DNA of 64,000 bases from an uncultured delta proteobacterium (lineage in GTDB: Bacteria > Desulfobacterota > Zymogenia > Zymogenales > Zymogenaceae). A program made the position numbers and the translations under genes. The stretch's first letter is position 1, and each line of letters begins with the position of its first letter. The stretch is taken from positions 512,001 to 576,000 of the forward strand of contig CAWBYW010000007.1 of assembly GCA_963792965.1 (NCBI GenBank). Reading direction: 5' to 3'. This document shows positions 19,959 through 30,253 of the stretch, one piece after another. The notes beneath the pieces are model-generated. The model had not been told where the DNA came from. It worked only from the letters and a program-made list of their open reading frames with translations, and did not search any database.

Positions 19959-21083
19959 TTACTTCAGCTTATAATCATACACATTATACGTCTTGTAGAT
20001 CTCGGCCCCCATGTTCTCCAGGGCGCGGCGCATCGGGAGGTTATTGTCGAGGATCCAGGACATCTCGCCCCACTCGATCCCCATCTTCCGGGCGGCCTTG
20101 AGCGTCTCGTGATAGAAAACGGCGTCAAGCCCGAGCTTCTGGTATTCCTTGACGACGCCCATGATCGTCACCCTCGCCGTCTTCACCTTCCTGACACCGG
20201 TGAGAATCTTGATGAAGCCGAAGGGGAACAGATGTCCTTTTATGTCCTTGACGATGACGTTGATATCGGGAAGCGTGATGGAGACGCCCACCACCTCGTC
20301 GTTCACGAAGGCAAAGAAGACGAGCTCCTCAACAGCGACCGGTTTGAGGTCTCTGACCAGCTTCTTGAACTCGGCCTCGGTGATCGGGCAAAAGCCCCAG
20401 TTGAGGGTCCACGCGCTGTTGTAGATCTTCTTGATCCGCAATAGCTCGTTGTTCCAATCCTTAAAATTGGCCGGCCGAACGAGTATCCCCTTGCGCTGCC
20501 CGATCTTGTCGGCCACCCGGGCGATCTTCTCGGGCATTTCCTGGTCCGCGAAGAAGCGGTAGGCGTACATCGGCATGACGAGCTCAAAGCCGTAGCTTTC
20601 GACGAGATTTCGGTAGTACGGGGGGTTATACGCCATATCAAACATCGGCGGCATGTCAAAGGCGTCTATCAAGAGCCCCACGATCTCGTTTTGGGAGAAG
20701 CTGTCCGGCCCCCGCATCGTGTCCATCCCCTTGCTCTTGAGCCACTTCCCCCCGGCGTCAAAGAGCGCGTGGGCGCAGTCGCGGTCGTCCTCACACTCGA
20801 AGAAGCCGAAAAAACCCACCTTGTCGCGGTGCACCTGGTTATGTATCGTGTTGGTATGGGCGGTCATCCGGCCGGCCAACTCGCCGTCTCGGTAGACCAT
20901 GAAGAACTCGACCTCCCCGTGCTCGTAGTACGGGTGTTTGCCGGGGGTGAGGAGATTCTTATAATCCATGATGATAGGCGGCACCCAGTTGGGATCGTCC
21001 TTGTAGATCTTCCACGGAAATTTGATGAACGCCCTGCGCTCCTTCTTTGTCTCGACCCTTTTCACTTCAATCTTTTTCGCCAT
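19959..21083 (-). CDS. Double-GNAT acyltransferase of the YghO/bacterial ceramide synthase (bCerS) family
   Basis: FIKFPWKIY.DDPNWVPP, GFFGFFEC, MRGP, YNPPYY, WTLNWGF.P, LPDIN, EMSWILDNN. Confidence 0.75.
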   Translation of the reverse strand: MAKKIEVKRVETKKERRAFIKFPWKIYKDDPNWVPPIIMDYKNLLTPGKHPYYEHGEVEFFMVYRDGELAGRMTAHTNTIHNQVHRDKVGFFGFFECEDDRDCAHALFDAGGKWLKSKGMDTMRGPDSFSQNEIVGLLIDAFDMPPMFDMAYNPPYYRNLVESYGFELVMPMYAYRFFADQEMPEKIARVADKIGQRKGILVRPANFKDWNNELLRIKKIYNSAWTLNWGFCPITEAEFKKLVRDLKPVAVEELVFFAFVNDEVVGVSITLPDINVIVKDIKGHLFPFGFIKILTGVRKVKTARVTIMGVVKEYQKLGLDAVFYHETLKAARKMGIEWGEMSWILDNNLPMRRALENMGAEIYKTYNVYDYKLK

Positions 21084-21103
21084 GAGTAGTCCTCGTCATA
21101 AAT

Positions 21104-22015
21104 TCAATAATTTGGATAGACCCGATAGATTTTTTGCGTCCGTTCCCACCACTCGATGGCCGTTTCCGCCGCCACGATGGTTGGAATCGTAAGGATTATG
21201 CCGGCCATGACGTCCACCGCGTAATGGTACCTCAGGTAGATCGTCGAGAAGATGATTAAGATCGAAATCGGCGTAAATAGGAGCAACAGCTTCTTCTCGT
21301 ATCGCCACGTGTAGAACAACACGACGAGCGTGAGCATCGTGTGCCCGCTCGGAAAAGCGTCCCGCATGACATGCTCGAGCCAGTTAAGGGATTCCCTGAT
21401 CGGGATCGTTACGAAGAAACCGACCAGCGCCGTCGTCTGCAGATGATAGAGACTGAACCTCGGGCCCACCGCGGGAAAGAGCATGTAACCGACATAGGTA
21501 ACATAAAAAGTGAAGATGACGCCGAAGAAGACGTGAGTGAAGTCCCTCATGTCCTTCCGCGTATAGACGACGATCCCGAGGATTATCGGCAGGAAATAGT
21601 ACGAGCAGTAGACGACCTGGAAGATATCCGTGAGGGCCGGCACCTCGAAACGCTCTATATAGACCGTCGGATGGACGCTGAAGATGAAGTAGTCCAGCTT
21701 GATCAAGACGTTATCGATATCCTGAGGGCTTATCTGCGGGATGAGTATGGAGAGCTCCCGGTAGGCCACCGTGATAAAAAAGGCGATATACCAGTTGCGG
21801 AAATGAAAGAGCGGACGGAACCCCGGGACTCTCTTGGCGATCAGGGCGATCGCGACGATGCCCACGAGGATGGCGAAGTTGGCCACAAAGAACGGCCGGA
21901 TTGCCGCGTCGCCGTCAAAGACGGGGATGATGAGCGTCAGAAAGATGAAGAACGCGCCCGTACACAGCTCGGTTGGGTTGAAGAGCATCAGGAATCTTGA
22001 CAGGCTTTGCTTCAT
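21104..22015 (-). CDS. PAP2-superfamily membrane phosphotransferase, Aur1/IPC synthase-like (PAP2_3)
   Basis: YxSYY, LFPAVGP, DAFPSGH, STIYLRYHYAVD; about 8 hydrophobic segments. Confidence 0.78.
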   Translation of the reverse strand: MKQSLSRFLMLFNPTELCTGAFFIFLTLIIPVFDGDAAIRPFFVANFAILVGIVAIALIAKRVPGFRPLFHFRNWYIAFFITVAYRELSILIPQISPQDIDNVLIKLDYFIFSVHPTVYIERFEVPALTDIFQVVYCSYYFLPIILGIVVYTRKDMRDFTHVFFGVIFTFYVTYVGYMLFPAVGPRFSLYHLQTTALVGFFVTIPIRESLNWLEHVMRDAFPSGHTMLTLVVLFYTWRYEKKLLLLFTPISILIIFSTIYLRYHYAVDVMAGIILTIPTIVAAETAIEWWERTQKIYRVYPNY

Positions 22016-22016
22016 C

Positions 22017-22619
22017 TCAGACCCGTGCTCCCCTTAAAAAAAGCTGGACGATCATATCGGTCTTGTCCGTAAACGGCGCTGTCTTGGGCTCAACCGACCA
22101 TTGGAAGACATAGGCCGAAAGGATTCCCACCAGGATATACGCGGTCTCGATGGGCTTATACGGCTTGAAGGCCCCGGACTCGATACCCTTTTCGATGATG
22201 CCGGTCAGGAACGCGAAGAATCGATCGTATTTTTCCTTGAGGATCCTGCAGTAGTCGACCTTCAGGCTCCACTCGAAGGTCCCCCAATCGGTGATGTAGA
22301 TCCGGAAAAAATCGATGTTTTGCTCGAAGAATTCAAGGAAGATGCGCACGGCTCGCTCCAGCGCGTCCTCCGGCGAAAGCGATTGGAGGTCGGCCCGGTC
22401 GAGCCTCGCGATGAGCTCGTCTGATTTCTCGCTCAGGATCGAGAAATAGACATCCTCTTTATTCTTGAAGAACTGGTAGATGGTGCCGAGGGCAAATTCC
22501 GCCGTTTTGGATATGTCGGCCATGGTGGTGCGAAAATATCCCTTGTCGGCGAAAAGATGAGTGGCCGCCGCCAACATCTCGCCCCGCCTGCGGTCATTTT
22601 CACGTTCTCTTCGGTTCAT
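22017..22619 (-). CDS. TetR family regulator
   Basis: AATHLFADKGY..TTMADI...GTIYQFFKNKE. Confidence 0.92.
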   Translation of the reverse strand: MNRRERENDRRRGEMLAAATHLFADKGYFRTTMADISKTAEFALGTIYQFFKNKEDVYFSILSEKSDELIARLDRADLQSLSPEDALERAVRIFLEFFEQNIDFFRIYITDWGTFEWSLKVDYCRILKEKYDRFFAFLTGIIEKGIESGAFKPYKPIETAYILVGILSAYVFQWSVEPKTAPFTDKTDMIVQLFLRGARV

Positions 22620-22811
22620 CGCCGTCGTCCCATGAAAACCACCCCTGTATGGCTCCCGGCAAAGACAAGTACCCTGGTCTCATACATACCGAGAGGGTTG
22701 GAGAGAACAGGGCTCCGTTAACAACACCTGAGGGCTTATCTCCCCGGTTCCCCGACCCTCGCTTACGGAGAGTTGACGGTCAACCCACGAAAAGGAAATC
22801 TTCCGACCCAA

Positions 22812-22859
22812 TTTTAGAATCCTGGTTCATATTATGAAATCGTTATTCTAAAAAGTCAA
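22812..22859 (-). promoter_or_regulatory. Promoter with overlapping palindromic operator for tetR-PAP2-bCerS
   Basis: TTGACT-17-CATAAT on minus, overlapped by TTTTAGAAT...TTCATA-T-TATGAA...ATTCTAAAA. Confidence 0.65.
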
Positions 22860-23250
22860 CCCTTTTGAGCACAAAAACCGTCTTTTCCGACATCGCGGAA
22901 TGGCTCTTACCGGGCAGGGACCGAAGGGTCGCTCAGCGGCGCACCCGCAACGCCCACCCGACGAGCCGGTGCCGGAATACGGCGCGCCCGCAGTAGTTCG
23001 GAGGGAGCCGTCGGCACCAAAAAGAGAAGGTCTTTTCCTGGCCCTTCAAAGAGCGGATAATTGAACACAGTTCTATGGAGGAACGTTCTACGATCATGCA
23101 GGGGAATCTCGAGCCATCTCCGTGGGTCGCCCCCGACAAGAACGTGCAGTGCGAAAAGAACGCTCGGTTGGGTCGATAGCCTTTCCCAAAAACGTCCGGA
23201 TCCTCCCTGGAACGGCTATCGTCGCGGGCCGGTACAGATACTCCGCACGA

Positions 23251-24608
23251 TTAGAGACTCAGCCCCGCCTTCTTGTTCTGCTTATTCCAGAACGCACGGA
23301 AGATGATCGAGGGCCCCTTTTTGGTCGGGGTCTTGATAACCTCTTCCGTCCATTTCTTTTCCGCCTTTTGTGCGTCTTCAAAGCAGGCCGGGAAAAGGCA
23401 AAGAGCCTCTTTTTTTTCTCGCCGTCGGAAAGCTTTGCGATTTGCGCCATCACTTTCTCTTCCTCGGCCATGAACCGTTTTTCAAGCTCGTCCCGCCTCT
23501 TTTCAAAGACCCCGATGCGCGTGGGGTAGTCCATGAGCACCGTCCGGTGGAGTCGCTCGTGGCTCCACCAGAGGGATTTGTCGCTGTACCTTCCCGAGGG
23601 CCGGGGACCGACCTCGGGGAGCCGGGCCGCCTCGAAGAAGAAGGGCTTGAAGACGGAGGTACAGGGGGCGGCAGTCCCGGTAACCCAGTGGGTGTTGACC
23701 GTGCCGCGAAGGTGGCAGACCAGTGACCCGGTCGTCTGGCTCATCCGTGACAGCTCGTTTGCGGCATGCATGCAGACCTTATCCATGAAGAGGCCGGACT
23801 GGGGCGCAAACTCGTCCCCTTCGCTCCGATGGTCGCGCAAAAAGGCCATCATCGCCTTCGGATCGACGCTCCCCTTCTTCCCGCTGACAAGCTCCGTGGT
23901 CCTCTTCCCCCTCGGCCGGCACATGGAAAAGGTCGTAAAGAACCAGTCGGAATAGTCGCGGGCAAAATCGAACTCCCGCTCCGATTTTGTCCACCCCTTC
24001 TCCATGGCGGTCTTGACCAGGGTTTTCGACGCCCTGTCGAAATCAGTGGTAATGGTCAGGCCGTTGGAGATGGAATAGACCCCCACGATCCTCTTTGCCG
24101 CCCACTCGTAATCTGCGGTCTCCAGCACCCAGGCCTCGTGGGGATCGGCGATGATATAGGAGTTGTGATAGACAAACTTCTTGTCCTCGAAGCCCGCCGG
24201 CCCCCCCTGGCCGTATTTCGCCAGGAGGTCCGTCATGACCTCGAGGGCGCCTTCGGCGCTGTCCGCGCGCTCAAGTCCGAGCCTGAGGATATCCATCCCG
24301 AGGAGCAGTTTTTCTTTTCTCATCGGGAGCTTGGTGAAAACCGACTCGTTGCCGATGGCCACACCCTTGTCATTGACGCCCATCTCCGCCCCCCACATCC
24401 AGAAGGGACGCGAGATAAAGATAGCCCGCGTCTGTCTCACCTGTGGAACCGTGAGATAGGTAACTTTCAGCTGTTCCCCTTCCCGGTGGGTCCGCCCGGG
24501 ATGATATTCGATGTTTTGGGCCTCGTTGGGTTCCCGGTCGCTGTTCTTCGCGAATATGACCGAGCCGTCCCGGGTGGCCTCTTTCGTGGCGACGATGGTA
24601 TCACACAT
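23251..24608 (-). CDS. C69 dipeptidase/secernin-like Ntn hydrolase, frameshifted near 23390
   Basis: N-terminal MCDT nucleophile, KNSDRE, WGAEMGVN, YHNSY, SISN. Likely C-terminus ACFEDAQ...FWNKQNKKAGLSL lies in the next frame. Confidence 0.85.
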
Positions 24609-24887
24609 GACTTGGGTTCCTCCGCTCTATCGTGTTGATACGCCAAAAAAGGGGTACATCCTCATCCCGCACGAGGACGCATCGGTAAGATAGCGCGAGT
24701 TTTTGCAGGCGGGTCGGGAAATAGTGGACTGGCCGACCGGTATCCTCGATGCTATACGCCGGACGGGATGAATCATTACGGTAATACTTGCCCTTTTTTG
24801 TTGAGATATAAGAAGAAAACACGTATAATTATACGCGCGATTGTTCCGACTAATCAACAGAAATGACACAACAGAAAGGAGGTTTTA

Positions 24888-26243
24888 ATGAAGACACGGG
24901 GATTCTTACTGGGCATCGCCGTTGCGTGCATATCCCTCTCCTTTTCCTGTTCGACTGTTAACCACAGACTGCTTGTCTACGATCAGCCCACCCCGATAGA
25001 TCGAAACTATGTACCCAAGGACGACGGAGATTTCATCCTGGGGGTGGCGGTTTCGGGGGGCGGGAGCAGGGCCGCGGTCTTTTCGTGTGCGGTCATGAAC
25101 GAGCTCTATAAGCAGGTCAAACTTCCCGACGGCACAAGCATTGTCGACCAAATTGACTATGTGTCGAGCGTCTCCGGCGGGAGCCTCTCCATGGCATACT
25201 ACTGCATGAATAAGCCCGACGTGGACTCCTCTCACACCGATCTTTACGATCAATTCTTCAAGAAATATCGGGCCGACATGCGGGAGAACATCGAAGGGGA
25301 CCTCGTCAAGAGCATCTTTCAGTGGTATCGGATATTATTGACGTCGGAAAAAAAAGGCCTGCTCCTCAAGCAGGAGTTCGATAAACTCTACTTTCACGGC
25401 GCCAAATTTGACGAGCTTGATAAGCGCCAGGCGAATGGATGGTGCCCCACCCTTATCCTGAACGGCACCACGATGGACACCGGGTCGAAATTTCTCTTCA
25501 CCACCCTCTCGCGGGCGAACTTCGACGACGTCCCAAAGGATATCTCGGACAGACTCGCGGCCACGGCTTTCGGCAAGAGCGACTACACGTTCGGCGGGGA
25601 TCTCCTCGGGGTCACCTTCTGCGATGACATCGGGCTTTCTATCGGCGATATGGACGTTTCACGGGCTGTCACCGCCTCCGCCTCGGTCCCGCTGCTCTTG
25701 GGCCCCATCGTATTGAAAGACCAGAAACGATCAACGCCCGAATCCGACTATTACCTGCACGTCACCGACGGGGGCGTCAACGACAACCAGGGCATCGTCT
25801 CACTCATGCAGCTCCTCTACGATCGATTCACCGACATGCCCAAGGGAAAATACCGGGGCGGCATGATCATTCTCATCGACTCCAACCAGAAGATCGATCC
25901 GACCGAATCCGAACACCTGATAAAGGGGTTCACTCTCCTGGGTACGGCCGAGCGGGCCATGAACATCAGCTTTTTCAGGGGCAAGGCCTTCACCTATATC
26001 TCCATCATGTTCCTCACCAGCGCCGACCCCCGTTTCAAGGACATCACGTTTGTCTATATCTCGCCCTACTCGACGGGCGATGAGTCGATCACGAGAATGT
26101 TCGAGGAAACTCCCACGCGCTTCAAGATCGACCCGGCCAAGGCGGATAATCTTGACAAGGCGGCCGAAATTGCCGTGAGCAAAGTCAGGGACATCATCCT
26201 GGAGAGCTATAACGGCTATTCACACACCAGGAAAGGCCGGTGA
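24888..26243 (+). CDS. Patatin-like phospholipase lipoprotein
   Basis: Signal ending LSFSC, SGGGSRAA, SSVSGGS, ASASVP, DGG. Confidence 0.85.
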   Translation: MKTRGFLLGIAVACISLSFSCSTVNHRLLVYDQPTPIDRNYVPKDDGDFILGVAVSGGGSRAAVFSCAVMNELYKQVKLPDGTSIVDQIDYVSSVSGGSLSMAYYCMNKPDVDSSHTDLYDQFFKKYRADMRENIEGDLVKSIFQWYRILLTSEKKGLLLKQEFDKLYFHGAKFDELDKRQANGWCPTLILNGTTMDTGSKFLFTTLSRANFDDVPKDISDRLAATAFGKSDYTFGGDLLGVTFCDDIGLSIGDMDVSRAVTASASVPLLLGPIVLKDQKRSTPESDYYLHVTDGGVNDNQGIVSLMQLLYDRFTDMPKGKYRGGMIILIDSNQKIDPTESEHLIKGFTLLGTAERAMNISFFRGKAFTYISIMFLTSADPRFKDITFVYISPYSTGDESITRMFEETPTRFKIDPAKADNLDKAAEIAVSKVRDIILESYNGYSHTRKGR

Positions 26244-26474
26244 CCCGGCGGTAGTCGGGTGCCAACGCTCCGTGCCGATCGACAATGGTGACACCAAGGG
26301 TACCGGCGCGGTTATTGTCGCCCTTCTTTGAGGCCATCCTGAGGGGTGACGGCCGGACCATGATTCGGGCGCGAGGTTTGCTTTCGTCGGCACGAAATCC
26401 ATTGCGGCCCCAAGGATTCGTGAGCTATTTTTCGACTACCCCTCCCAATCGCTCGAACTAAGGAGATACTCCCG

Positions 26475-27848
26475 ATGTATCTGAGAAGGCTCTTCCTTTG
26501 CATCCTGTTTTGCGGCATCGCGCTCTCGATTGTCGGCTGCGGCATTCGCTCAAACGACGATCTCGTCTACAGCCGACCGAGCCCGAAAGAAAATCCCTAC
26601 GTCCCGATAGACGAGGGGGATTTCTTCCTTGCGGTAACGGTCTCCGGGGGGGGGAGCAGATCCGCGGTCTGGAGCGCGGCGGTACTAAAGGAGCTCTACC
26701 GCCAGGTAAAACTTCCCGGCAACAGAAGCATCCTGGACGAGATCGACTACATCTCGTGCGTGTCCGGCGGGAGTTTTTCTTCGTCCTACTACTGTCTCAA
26801 CAAGCCCGAACAAGACACGACGCATACCGAAAAATACGACGAGTTCTTTTGTCGGTTCCTCGCCGACATGCGCTCGAACGTCCAGGGCAAGATTTTCGAT
26901 GAGCCCAACGAATGGTACCGCATCTTCATCTCCGACGAGCATAAGGGCATCGCCTTCAAGAATGAACTGGACGAGCACTTCCTCCACGGGCGCACCTTCG
27001 ACTATCTTTATAAGCGGGAGGAGAGCGGCGCGTCCCCGACCCTCATCATTAACGGCACCGAGATGGATTCCGGGGCGAAGTTCCTCTTCACGACGTTTCC
27101 TCCGTCGGCATTTACGCATCGAAACCTGATGGGCATCGTAGATGGCGAAAGCACGGGGATCATGAAGAGCAATATCCTCTACGAGGAGGCCGTCCTCGGT
27201 GTAAAGTTCTGTGACGATATCGGCCTTTCCATCGGCGACATGGAGGTATCGCGGGCCGTGGCCGCCTCGACGAGCGTGCCGCTCGTCTTCGGGCCGATCG
27301 TGTTGAAGGACGAGGTTCGATCGACGGCCGACAAACCGGCCTACGTGCACATCAATGACGGTGGCATTTCCGACACGCTCGGCCTGGAGACCGTCATGCA
27401 GCTCTTCCTGGACCGCTTTAACCGCCCCAAGAAGAAGAGCTTCCGGGGGGGACTGGTGCTCATCATCGACGCAAATCAACACCTGGACCCCGAGGATTCC
27501 ATATACTTCGTGAAGGGCTTCGGGCCCTTCGCTCTCGTCGAGCGAAGCCGTGAGATCATCACCTATCGGGGGAAGAACCTCGCCTATCTGACGATCATGC
27601 TTCTCCAGCAGGATCCCCGCTACCGGGACATTCGTTTCGTTTACCTGTCACCCTACATGACCGACAACACCCGTGTAATCAATATCGTAAAGAAGACCCC
27701 CATACGGCTCAAGATTAAGCCCGAACAGGCCGACAACCTTGAATACGCGGCAAAGCTCGTCGTAGGGGCGGCTAAAGACCGTATTCTTGCGAACTTCAAC
27801 GGAAAGGACGTTCCAACCGAGGAGCCGGCGTTCATCGAACAGAAGTAG
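26475..27848 (+). CDS. Patatin-like phospholipase lipoprotein (tandem paralog)
   Basis: Lipobox IVGC, SGGGSRSA, SCVSGGS, ASTSVP, DGG. Shares FCDDIGLSIGDM with the upstream paralog. Confidence 0.85.
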   Translation: MYLRRLFLCILFCGIALSIVGCGIRSNDDLVYSRPSPKENPYVPIDEGDFFLAVTVSGGGSRSAVWSAAVLKELYRQVKLPGNRSILDEIDYISCVSGGSFSSSYYCLNKPEQDTTHTEKYDEFFCRFLADMRSNVQGKIFDEPNEWYRIFISDEHKGIAFKNELDEHFLHGRTFDYLYKREESGASPTLIINGTEMDSGAKFLFTTFPPSAFTHRNLMGIVDGESTGIMKSNILYEEAVLGVKFCDDIGLSIGDMEVSRAVAASTSVPLVFGPIVLKDEVRSTADKPAYVHINDGGISDTLGLETVMQLFLDRFNRPKKKSFRGGLVLIIDANQHLDPEDSIYFVKGFGPFALVERSREIITYRGKNLAYLTIMLLQQDPRYRDIRFVYLSPYMTDNTRVINIVKKTPIRLKIKPEQADNLEYAAKLVVGAAKDRILANFNGKDVPTEEPAFIEQK

Positions 27849-28506
27849 CCCAGTACGTTGAGACGGCAATCAAGAACTGCCCCGCGTAGTACGGGATAAG
27901 CGAGAGTCTATTGTACCTCATGGGGATACGAAACCGGTTGATCGCCAGTATCAGATCCGAGATGTAGAACAACAGACTCCCCCCCGCCACGAGGACGGAG
28001 AAGAGAACACCGACGCGCGCCACGTACAGGGTCGATACCGCGGCCGACGCCATGAAAGAGATGATGAGAATGTAGAGGGCCACCGGCGCCTTCATCGTGC
28101 CGAGCCCCCCGAGGAGATAGATGTAAACGGCCGTTCCCAGCCCGAAGAACAGTGCCGAGATATAGGGGAGCTCCGGGGCGGCACCGGAAAATGCGATGAA
28201 CGCGACGCCGTAGACGACGTGGGCGACTAAAAAGAGGATCAGGCCTATTCGAAATGCCGTCGCCTTTTCCTGGAACATGAGGGCCACGTCCCCGCCGAAG
28301 GATAGGAAGAGGCCGAGGGCGATCGCGAGAGAAAAGGAGCGGTCGGCCCCGGTCACGCAAAGGGAAAACAGACACGTCACGATGACAAGGATCGTGGATA
28401 ACGGTTTGGTGATATAGATTCCGGCCCTCTTCTTGCGAATCTCGAAGGATACGAGTAACGATACCGATACCGCAAGCAGGGGGAGAATGAAAAGATACGG
28501 TCCCAT
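27832..28506 (-). CDS. YhhN family lysoplasmalogenase-like membrane protein
   Basis: KP, GL.LS..GD, F..GL..FL.AH, Y...I..M, LF.ISD..LA.NRF, YYAGQ. Start MGPY at 28506. Confidence 0.85.
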   Translation of the reverse strand: MGPYLFILPLLAVSVSLLVSFEIRKKRAGIYITKPLSTILVIVTCLFSLCVTGADRSFSLAIALGLFLSFGGDVALMFQEKATAFRIGLILFLVAHVVYGVAFIAFSGAAPELPYISALFFGLGTAVYIYLLGGLGTMKAPVALYILIISFMASAAVSTLYVARVGVLFSVLVAGGSLLFYISDLILAINRFRIPMRYNRLSLIPYYAGQFLIAVSTYWATSVR

Positions 28507-28638
28507 CGCTTCTTTCCTCCAGATATCCGCCCGTATAGTATCAATAAAGTGCGATAAAATAAAATGCTTTTGTTTCCTTTTCAAAGAAAGGAAATCGTGA
28601 TAATATAGTCAGAATTACCGTTACTCAATGGAGCCTTT

Positions 28639-29178
28639 GTGATGCAAAAAACCTCGACCGCGGTGCTCCTCGTTTTTACCTTTCTGGTCGTCTCCGCCTT
28701 CAAGGATGCCGCCTTCTCCCCGTTTGAGAACGGCAAGTACGGGTATCGCATCGAAATCCCCGAGGGTTTCGTCATGGAGGGAGACTGGGGCAAGCAGACC
28801 TCCTGGATGTATCAGCCGGGTGAGGGCGAGGAGTTTGAAGAGGCGGTCCGGCCGATCATCAGCGTCGTGGCCTCAGACATCCCCAGCCGCTTCTCTGCAA
28901 ACGCACTCTACAATACGAAGGTCAAGAAGATCCAGGAGATGATCGCAGAGAAGGACTCGCCGTATGATGACCTCGAGCTCCTGACGCTCACCGGGGGGTA
29001 CGCCCTCATGTATAAAGAGGTCGATAGGGACGATTCCCAGGCCCTCAATCATTGGTATGTCAACGTATACGGGAATAATAGATATTACATTATCGAAATC
29101 TCCGGCACGCACAGCCAGCTGAGAAAGTGGAGCTCGGAGTTCAAACACGTCGTGGAGAGTTTTGCGTTGGTGCCGTAG
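28639..29178 (+). CDS. Secreted protein, PsbP-like fold
   Basis: Signal peptide, FEN.KYGYRIEIPEG, C-terminal F..VVESF. Confidence 0.65.
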   Translation: MMQKTSTAVLLVFTFLVVSAFKDAAFSPFENGKYGYRIEIPEGFVMEGDWGKQTSWMYQPGEGEEFEEAVRPIISVVASDIPSRFSANALYNTKVKKIQEMIAEKDSPYDDLELLTLTGGYALMYKEVDRDDSQALNHWYVNVYGNNRYYIIEISGTHSQLRKWSSEFKHVVESFALVP

Positions 29179-29263
29179 CGGTCGCCTCACCGCCGGACTC
29201 TGAAGCGATTGGCCTTCGGTGCCGTAATAGATTACTACATATATATATTATGATGGAACTCAT

Positions 29264-29731
29264 ATGAGAAAGACAATAAACAACGCCATTCACTCGGGAA
29301 AGGTAAAGAAGATCGCGCTCATCGCCCACGACGCGCGTAAGAAGGACCTCCTGGAATGGGCCGATTTTAACAGGCTGACCCTCTCAAAGCACAAGCTCTT
29401 CGCCACCGGCACCACCGGACAGTTCCTTCACGACGAGCTCGGCCTCCGGGTCACCTCCTTTAGGAGCGGGCCGCTGGGGGGAGACGAGCAGATCGGGGCC
29501 AAGATCGTGGACGGTGATATCGACTTCATGATCTTCTTCTGGGACCCCATGTCGTCACACCCCCACGATCCGGACGTCAAGGCGCTGTTAAGGATAGCGG
29601 TGCTCTACAACATCCCCGTGGCCTGTAATCGATCAACCGCGGATTTTGTCATCTCTTCGCACCTGATGGATGAGGAGTACGACAGGGCCATGGTCGACTT
29701 CGAGTCGCGGATTAAGCGGGAGATACCGTAG
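29264..29731 (+). CDS. mgsA: Methylglyoxal synthase
   Basis: IALIAHD, ATGTTG, SGPLGGD, FFWDP, HDPDVKAL. Confidence 0.96.
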   Translation: MRKTINNAIHSGKVKKIALIAHDARKKDLLEWADFNRLTLSKHKLFATGTTGQFLHDELGLRVTSFRSGPLGGDEQIGAKIVDGDIDFMIFFWDPMSSHPHDPDVKALLRIAVLYNIPVACNRSTADFVISSHLMDEEYDRAMVDFESRIKREIP

Positions 29732-29812
29732 ACCACCCATACGGGACATCGTTTCACGCATCGCCCGGTAGGGAGATACTATCCTATTCAGATATAATAG
29801 CAGGAACGACCA

Positions 29813-30253
29813 TTGAGCAGAATCGAAACCGCCGTATCCACCTTCAACGAGGGGTTCTCCTGTTCCCAGGCGATCTTTTCGGCGTTCTCGGAGGAGCTCG
29901 GCCTCGACCCGACGACCGCCCTCAGGGTAGCCGGCGCTTTTGGCGGGGGTATGGCCGCAACGGCCAAAACCTGTGGTGCGGTAACGGGTGCGCTGATGGT
30001 GATCGGCCTCAGATACGCCATGGTGATTGCCTCCGACGACGCCGCCAAGAAAAAGACCTATGATATTTCGCGCGAGTTTATGCGTCGATTTGCCGAGAAA
30101 AATGGCTCCATCGTGTGTGCAGAGCTCCTCGGCGTTGATATCTCCACGCCCGAGGGCCATAAGAGGGCGAAGGATGAGGGGTTGACAAAGAGCCTCTGCC
30201 CGGGGTTTGTCCGGAGCGCGGCCGAGATCATCGAGGAGATCCTCTCAGAATAG
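29813..30253 (+). CDS. C_GCAxxG_C_C family putative redox protein
   Basis: CSQA, FGGG, CGAVTG, GSIVC, C..FV. TTG start. Confidence 0.88.
   Translation: MSRIETAVSTFNEGFSCSQAIFSAFSEELGLDPTTALRVAGAFGGGMAATAKTCGAVTGALMVIGLRYAMVIASDDAAKKKTYDISREFMRRFAEKNGSIVCAELLGVDISTPEGHKRAKDEGLTKSLCPGFVRSAAEIIEEILSE

Noticed and set aside
22860-23250. Short ORFs between the secernin-like gene and the tetR promoter
   Set aside because: No RBS, motif or convincing coding pattern.
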